Assembly (NCBI GenBank): GCA_944363865.1
Contig: CALVVN010000012.1
Location: 1-33,246, forward strand
DNA length: 33,246 nucleotides
Reading direction: 5' to 3'
DNA from: an uncultured Bacilli bacterium
Lineage (GTDB): Bacteria; Bacillota_I; Bacilli_A; RF39; UBA660
Within the stretch, counting starts at the first letter, position 1. Each line of letters begins with the position of its first letter. Made by a program: the position numbers and the translations under genes. Shown here in pieces: positions 26,838-33,246 of this stretch. Under the pieces are notes generated by a model, which made no database searches, had not been told where the DNA came from, and saw nothing but the letters and a program-made list of their open reading frames with translations.

Positions 26838-28142
26838 ATGATTAAAAGTATGTTTAAAAATAAGTTTTTTATATCAACATTTATACTACTTACAGGAGGA
26901 TTCTTATCAAAGTTTTTAGGATTTATACTAAGAATAATAATATCTAGAAATCTAGGTACGGAAGGACTTGGATTATATAGTTTATTAATGCCAACATTTT
27001 CACTATTTATAGTCATTGCAACACTATCATTTCCAGTTGCAATAAGTAAACTCGTAGCAACTCCAAATAGAAGTAGTAAAAAAATAATATTTTCGATTAT
27101 TCCTGTATCTATAATATTTAATATATTTACAATATTAATACTATTTTTAATATCAAAACCACTTGCAACTATTTTCTTAAAAGAAGAAAGACTAATTTAC
27201 CCTATAATTTGTATTGGTTTTACTCTTCCATTTATAGGTCTATCGAGCATTATAAAAGGTTATTTTTGGGGTAAACAAAGAATGTTACCATATATACTAT
27301 CAAATATAAGTGAGCAAATATTAAGATTATCTATTTTAATTATATGTATTCCAAAATGTATTGAGATAAGCATAGAACTAACAATTTCAGTAATAATCCT
27401 AGTAAATATATTAAGTGAAAGTTTTTCAATAATAGTAATGCTTTTAGGCCTACCAAAAGGTGTAAAAATTAAAAAAGAAGATATTAAACCAAACACACGT
27501 GAGATCAAAGATGTATTAAATATTAGTATTCCTTCAACTTCAAGCAAAATAATTGGAAGTTTAGCTCACTTCTTTGAACCAATAATTCTTACAAACATAT
27601 TACTTTATGTCGGTTACACAAGTGACTATATAATTACAGAGTATGGTGTAATAAATGGTTATGTATTAGGGTTATTACTAATACCACAGTTTTTCACACA
27701 GTCAATATCCACTGCTTTAATACCTGAACTTTCAAAATACTTTTCATTAGGCAACAAGAAAAAATGTATAATTAGAATTAAACAAATAGTCGCATTAAGT
27801 TTACTAATAGGTTTAGTTTCAACAACAGTCATATGTCTATTTCCAAAATATTTTCTAAATATCATATATAACACTAACCTAGGTATAAACTATATAAAAG
27901 TTCTAGCCCCTTTTATGCTTATGTATTTTATTGATATGCCACTTTCAAATTCACTCCAAGCATTAGATAAATCTAAAGAAAGCATGTATATTACTGTAGG
28001 TAGTTCTGCAATAAAATTATTAGTAATAACTATATTTTCATTTTTTCAAATAGGAATGTATTCTCTTATAATATCAATCATTATAAGTTTAAGTTTTAGT
28101 ACAATATGTTATATAAAGTCAATTAAAAAAGTTCTATATTAG
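26838..28142 (+). CDS. spoVB: stage V sporulation protein B (MOP/MurJ-like flippase family)
   Basis: FISTFILLTGGFLSKFLGFILRIIISRNLGTEGLGLYSLLMP matches the SpoVB N-terminus. About 12 TM spans. At 434 aa it is shorter than Bacillus SpoVB. No SD. Confidence 0.75.
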   Translation: MIKSMFKNKFFISTFILLTGGFLSKFLGFILRIIISRNLGTEGLGLYSLLMPTFSLFIVIATLSFPVAISKLVATPNRSSKKIIFSIIPVSIIFNIFTILILFLISKPLATIFLKEERLIYPIICIGFTLPFIGLSSIIKGYFWGKQRMLPYILSNISEQILRLSILIICIPKCIEISIELTISVIILVNILSESFSIIVMLLGLPKGVKIKKEDIKPNTREIKDVLNISIPSTSSKIIGSLAHFFEPIILTNILLYVGYTSDYIITEYGVINGYVLGLLLIPQFFTQSISTALIPELSKYFSLGNKKKCIIRIKQIVALSLLIGLVSTTVICLFPKYFLNIIYNTNLGINYIKVLAPFMLMYFIDMPLSNSLQALDKSKESMYITVGSSAIKLLVITIFSFFQIGMYSLIISIIISLSFSTICYIKSIKKVLY

Positions 28143-28792
28143 AACCTCATTAAATCACTTTTCTTAATAACATAAGCTTTTTTATTTTTATAAAATGCAT
28201 AAAAAACATCTTCTACTCTAACATTTTCATTTTTAATTAAATCTTTTAACCAAGTTTCACTCTTCTTAATATATTTTAAAGTGTCATGCTGTATAATCCC
28301 ATCAAGAATAAGTGGAAAAGGATTATCACTTTTCATTTTCAAAAAGTTATATTTAAATACACTTAAATTACCATTATTTTCAAGTATTGCATATTCAACA
28401 TCATTTATAGATTTAATATCTTTACTACGTAGATGCACTAATAAATCATCTAAAGTATATCTCTGTTTTACCATTTCTTTAAAATTAATCTTGCCTTGAT
28501 TTATAATTAAAGATGGCTTACCCTCCATAATATTTCTAAACTTATTACATTTTAATGATACAAAAGCAGCACCCAGTTCAAATATAACTAAAATAAGTAT
28601 AGGAATAACGGTCAAAGTTAAACTTTCTTCAATTTCTTCTATACTTATAGCAACAAGTTCAGCAATCAATATACTTACAACTAAATCAAGCACGCTTAAT
28701 TGACCAACTTCTCTTTTGCCCATTATTCTAAATATAATTAAAATAAAAATATAGAAAAAAACCGTTCTATAAATAACTATTAATAAATCCAT
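28139..28792 (-). CDS. DUF421 (YetF/YrbG-like) membrane protein
   Basis: IFRIMGKREVGQLSVLDLVVSILIAELVA, then a soluble C-terminal domain. AGGTGA SD precedes ATG 28792. Its stop overlaps the spoVB stop by 4 nt (convergent). Confidence 0.75.
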   Translation of the reverse strand: MDLLIVIYRTVFFYIFILIIFRIMGKREVGQLSVLDLVVSILIAELVAISIEEIEESLTLTVIPILILVIFELGAAFVSLKCNKFRNIMEGKPSLIINQGKINFKEMVKQRYTLDDLLVHLRSKDIKSINDVEYAILENNGNLSVFKYNFLKMKSDNPFPLILDGIIQHDTLKYIKKSETWLKDLIKNENVRVEDVFYAFYKNKKAYVIKKSDLMRF

Positions 28793-28873
28793 AAATATCA
28801 CCTATAACTATTATGGTAATATTCATATTTTTTTAAACAATAAATATTATTAAATTAGAAAGAAGGTAAATTG

Positions 28874-29233
28874 ATGCCAAACTATAAATATATTTTAAAA
28901 AGTTTCTCATATTTTTTAATATCAGTACTATTAACATTGATATTACTTAGCACACTAAATTATTTTAATATAATTAGTTATAAAGTAGTATATATCATAT
29001 CTTTTATCAGTGTAATTGCATCAATGTTTTTTAGTGGATATTATTTAGCAAAACATAGTACAAAAAAAGGATATTTAATTGGACTTTTAATAGGATTAGC
29101 ATTAGTATTATTTATGATGATCTTATCTTTAATAATTTATAAAATTAGTTGGATAAGTTTAATCTATTATCTAATTTTATTAGTATCTTGTATAACTGGA
29201 GGAATATTTGGAATAAATAAAAATAAAAATTAA
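28874..29233 (+). CDS. small 4-TM membrane protein (YrzE / TIGR04086-like)
   Basis: Four hydrophobic spans, and the position matches Bacillus yrzE. GAAGGT SD precedes ATG 28874. Confidence 0.5.
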   Translation: MPNYKYILKSFSYFLISVLLTLILLSTLNYFNIISYKVVYIISFISVIASMFFSGYYLAKHSTKKGYLIGLLIGLALVLFMMILSLIIYKISWISLIYYLILLVSCITGGIFGINKNKN

Positions 29234-29242
29234 GCATTAAAC

Positions 29243-30668
<1,426 letters not shown>

Positions 30669-30723
30669 TTACTCACCAAGAATATAATACCAAAAATAAA
30701 ATAATATTACAATTTATCATATA

Positions 30724-31602
30724 CTATAATTTTTTTAATTCTAAACTTAATCTATGTAATAATCTTCTATTGGTATTTAACCTTCTAGTTCTACCCGGGA
30801 CAGAATTTACTTCACAAACGTAATATTCTTTTCCATCATACAATATATCAACTGCACAGTACCATAGTCCAACAGCGTTAGCTGCATCTACAGCTAATTT
30901 TCTAACTTTTTCGTCTCTTTCTTTTAATCTTAATACTTTCGCGCCTAAACTATAATTTGTTCTAAAATCATTTTCATTTACTCTAATTGCTGAACCTTGA
31001 TATAAACCATTAATTACATAACTTCTTAAATCTTTCCCCTTTGATGTATCAATAAACTCTTGAAACATACATATTCCTTTAAATTGTGACAAGGCCATAT
31101 TAAAATCACTAGAATTATTTACTAAATATATATCTTTACCTTTAGAGCCAAATGAAGGTTTTATTACAAACTTCTTACTTCCCATTAATAATACAACATC
31201 TACATAATCAAAATCTTTTCTATTTACGCCACAAGAAAAATATATAGTCTTAGGTATTTTAATATTATTTTTAGTAAGTACTTGATAAGTTTTAAGTTTA
31301 TTTCTCGAAATAGCCATAGACTCACTATTATTAAACACTTTTATTCCTAATAATTCAAATTGTCTTGCTAAATATAAGTCATATTTCTTAAAAAATACTA
31401 TTTTAGGGAATTTTTTTATTTCTTCTTTATTTAAATAAATTTTATTAGTTGCCCCATCTGTTATAATACTAAAAGATGAATCTGATAAATATCTGACATC
31501 TATATTAAGTTTATTTTTAGCATAATTAACTAATGTATTTATTGTCCCTTTTTTTAATTTTTTTTCATACATTTCTTTGCTATAAATTACCCAAATATCC
31601 AT
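30724..31602 (-). CDS. RimK-family ATP-grasp ligase (alpha-L-glutamate-ligase-like)
   Basis: It aligns by eye with RimK along its whole length: ARQFELLGIKVFNNSESMAISRNKLKTYQVL, FVIKPSFGSKGKDIYLV, FQEFIDTSKGKDLRSYVING, NDFRTNYSLGAK, AVDILYDGKEYYVCEVNSVPG. Its SD (AGGAG) lies in the last codons of the upstream ORF. Confidence 0.8.
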   Translation of the reverse strand: MDIWVIYSKEMYEKKLKKGTINTLVNYAKNKLNIDVRYLSDSSFSIITDGATNKIYLNKEEIKKFPKIVFFKKYDLYLARQFELLGIKVFNNSESMAISRNKLKTYQVLTKNNIKIPKTIYFSCGVNRKDFDYVDVVLLMGSKKFVIKPSFGSKGKDIYLVNNSSDFNMALSQFKGICMFQEFIDTSKGKDLRSYVINGLYQGSAIRVNENDFRTNYSLGAKVLRLKERDEKVRKLAVDAANAVGLWYCAVDILYDGKEYYVCEVNSVPGRTRRLNTNRRLLHRLSLELKKL

Positions 31603-31603
31603 A

Positions 31604-33175
31604 TTATTCTCCTATATCTTTTTTAATTTCTTTTACCAATTGTTCATTTGGAATTATTATATCAGCGGTTTTGTTATTAAATCCTATTATTACAAAACCA
31701 TTTTTATTTAATTCATCAAATACTTTATCATTTTTTACTTTATCTATAGCAGTGTCATATATTTTATTAAGGGTTACAAAAGCTTTATAATCAAATTCTT
31801 GTTGATTCTTATCATAATAAAGTGCATTTAAAATTTTCTTTATTAACTCAACTAGTTCAATAGAATTTAATCTAGTTTTAACATTTCTAACTTCGACTAA
31901 TTTTTTATCTAAATAATTAACCCAAAGATATTTACTACTAATAGTTCTTTGATATTTACAATATTCTTCAAAATCCCAAATAAACTTATATTGCTTGTAT
32001 ATATTTTCTTCAAAATAACTTTCTTTTTCGCTTAATAAAGCCATTAATTTTTTGTGAGATTCAATAGGATTTGTTATGTCGTATTGATTAAAATTCATAT
32101 GTATACCACAATTCTTTTCTGGAGATACTTGTATTAAGCCTTTAGAAAAAATCATTATTTCTTGTAAATTATTCCAAAACTCATAGATTTCTTCTACTTT
32201 TAAAGGGTCTAAAACTATTTCAAATGAATAATCCCCAATAATAGTACCGTCTTTAACAAAATATCCATTTTCGCCTACTAATTCTTTTATATTTGCAAGT
32301 AACTTTTTTGTAAACGAATATTTATCTCTTTCAAGAGTAACTGATACTTCTATTTCTAATCCTACTTCATCATAATCAATTTTATCTTTTAATTTTCTTT
32401 CATAACCAAACGCTGGTTTTATATCTAATACTTTATCAAATTTTGCTTCATAGTCAAATTTGTTCTTTTTAGTATTTCTGGATATTACTTTCTTACCTTT
32501 CTTATCTTTAAAAATAACTGATGTAAATTTAGATTTATTTTCTAAATAATTTATAACACCAAGTATGGCGTTTATTAAATTTGATACTTGTGATTTATCC
32601 TTATGAAAATTTCTATTCTTTTGTCCAATTTCTAGTTGAATTGATTTTACACCAGTATCTTTATGGATTCTAGAACATATAGTTTTATTATAGGATTTAT
32701 ATATTTTATCTACTGTGATTATTCCTAAATTATGTTTATTTAATTCCTTAATTATATCTTTCATGAGTATTCTATCATTATTTACATTTTTATAGTTATT
32801 TACACCTATATCTAAATCAGTAATTTCATTTATAGCTAAAGAATGAATATCAATAACATAATCAATATTATTACTTCTCACATATTTTTTTAAATATTCA
32901 TAATAAAAATTATTTTCTTTATCATAGTTTGGGTCATAATCAATCTCTTTATTAATATACATAACATGGCAATTTGATAATTCCGAAATTACTCTTATTA
33001 AAGAATATGTCAAATAATCTTTGCTTTTATTTTCACCATTTTTTTCGTAAGTAAAAGTATGAGGCGCTGACAACAAAATATTATTTGTTCCTTTTTTACA
33101 GTTTATTTCCTCAAATTTTACTAAATTTTTATCTTTTCTATGACTTTTTAAAAGTTTTCTAAATTCTTTTAGCAT
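31604..33175 (-). CDS. fusion protein: N-terminal FGase / poly-gamma-glutamate-hydrolase-like zinc amidohydrolase domain plus C-terminal GS-like amidoligase (Amidoligase_2-like) domain
   Basis: N-terminal half (track numbering): ILLSAPH42T, IDYDPNYD 81-88, VIDIH114S, IQLE185IG. C-terminal half: GLEIEVS 275-281, KDGTIIGDYSFEIVLDP 311-327, CGIHMNFN 359-366. AGGAG lies 9 nt before ATG 33175. The track ATG at 33184 is too close to that SD. Confidence 0.6.
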   Translation of the reverse strand: MLKEFRKLLKSHRKDKNLVKFEEINCKKGTNNILLSAPHTFTYEKNGENKSKDYLTYSLIRVISELSNCHVMYINKEIDYDPNYDKENNFYYEYLKKYVRSNNIDYVIDIHSLAINEITDLDIGVNNYKNVNNDRILMKDIIKELNKHNLGIITVDKIYKSYNKTICSRIHKDTGVKSIQLEIGQKNRNFHKDKSQVSNLINAILGVINYLENKSKFTSVIFKDKKGKKVISRNTKKNKFDYEAKFDKVLDIKPAFGYERKLKDKIDYDEVGLEIEVSVTLERDKYSFTKKLLANIKELVGENGYFVKDGTIIGDYSFEIVLDPLKVEEIYEFWNNLQEIMIFSKGLIQVSPEKNCGIHMNFNQYDITNPIESHKKLMALLSEKESYFEENIYKQYKFIWDFEEYCKYQRTISSKYLWVNYLDKKLVEVRNVKTRLNSIELVELIKKILNALYYDKNQQEFDYKAFVTLNKIYDTAIDKVKNDKVFDELNKNGFVIIGFNNKTADIIIPNEQLVKEIKKDIGE

Positions 33176-33246
33176 TTTCACCATCTCCTATTTTATCTGT
33201 AATAAACATCGCATCACCAAAGCTAAAAAATCTGTAATTATTCTTT
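33159..33246 (-). CDS. queA: 3' end of S-adenosylmethionine:tRNA ribosyltransferase-isomerase
   Basis: Hand translation gives KNNYRFFSFGDAMFITDKIGDGENAKRI*. YRFFS[YF]GDAM[FL]I is the conserved QueA C-terminus. The gene continues beyond the window. Confidence 0.7.
   Translation of the reverse strand, partial: KNNYRFFSFGDAMFITDKIGDGENAKRI

Noticed and set aside
28139-28142. The 4-nt overlap of the convergent spoVB and DUF421 stop codons with no intervening terminator, as a possible antisense-regulation feature.
   Set aside because: This is common in compact genomes, and nothing in the sequence specifically supports regulation. It is noted only as a description.
30684-30712. Possible internal promoter TTGTAA-17-TATTAT in the 58-nt spacer before tgt.
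   Set aside because: The predicted start would fall within or at the tgt SD. The elements are weak and expected by chance in AT-rich DNA. It is kept only as a caveat to the single-operon model.

Overview
Very AT-rich chromosomal segment (about one quarter G+C by eye) from an endospore-forming Bacillota member. It uses the standard code: TGA ends holA and nusB at their expected C-termini, and Trp is TGG. The backbone is housekeeping, with Bacillus-like local synteny: holA; nusB-xseA-xseB; spoIVB; uppS; spoIIM; mnmA; zupT plus a Ca-type P-type ATPase; deoB-xerD; rarA / tcdA(yrvM) - 6S RNA - aspS-hisS; spoVB - DUF421(yrbG-like) - yrzE-like - tgt ... queA. Seven things stand out against this backbone. 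(1) The best candidate for an undescribed system is a translationally coupled pair inserted between queA and tgt: a fusion of an FGase/PghP-like amidohydrolase with a GS-like amidoligase, and a RimK-family ATP-grasp ligase. A membrane-anchored ORF sits where yajC normally follows tgt. (2) A 49-aa protein consists almost entirely of 11 tandem [S/A]-R-N-[S/T] tetrapeptides and has its own SD and terminator. (3) A GC-enriched ~171-nt rod-like RNA lies upstream of tcdA, in the slot where B. subtilis encodes 6S-1 RNA. (4) A Fic island holds an intact HTH-Fic behind a perfect promoter/palindrome, an HExxH protein, an amidase pseudogene and a Fic pseudogene. (5) A decayed mobile-element gene is flanked by a direct duplication of the spoVB 5' end. 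(6) ttcA and an unknown ORF lie between aspS and the 6S/tcdA locus. (7) A 35-aa membrane ORF is missing from the ORF track. All product calls rest on motif recognition by eye. No searches were run.
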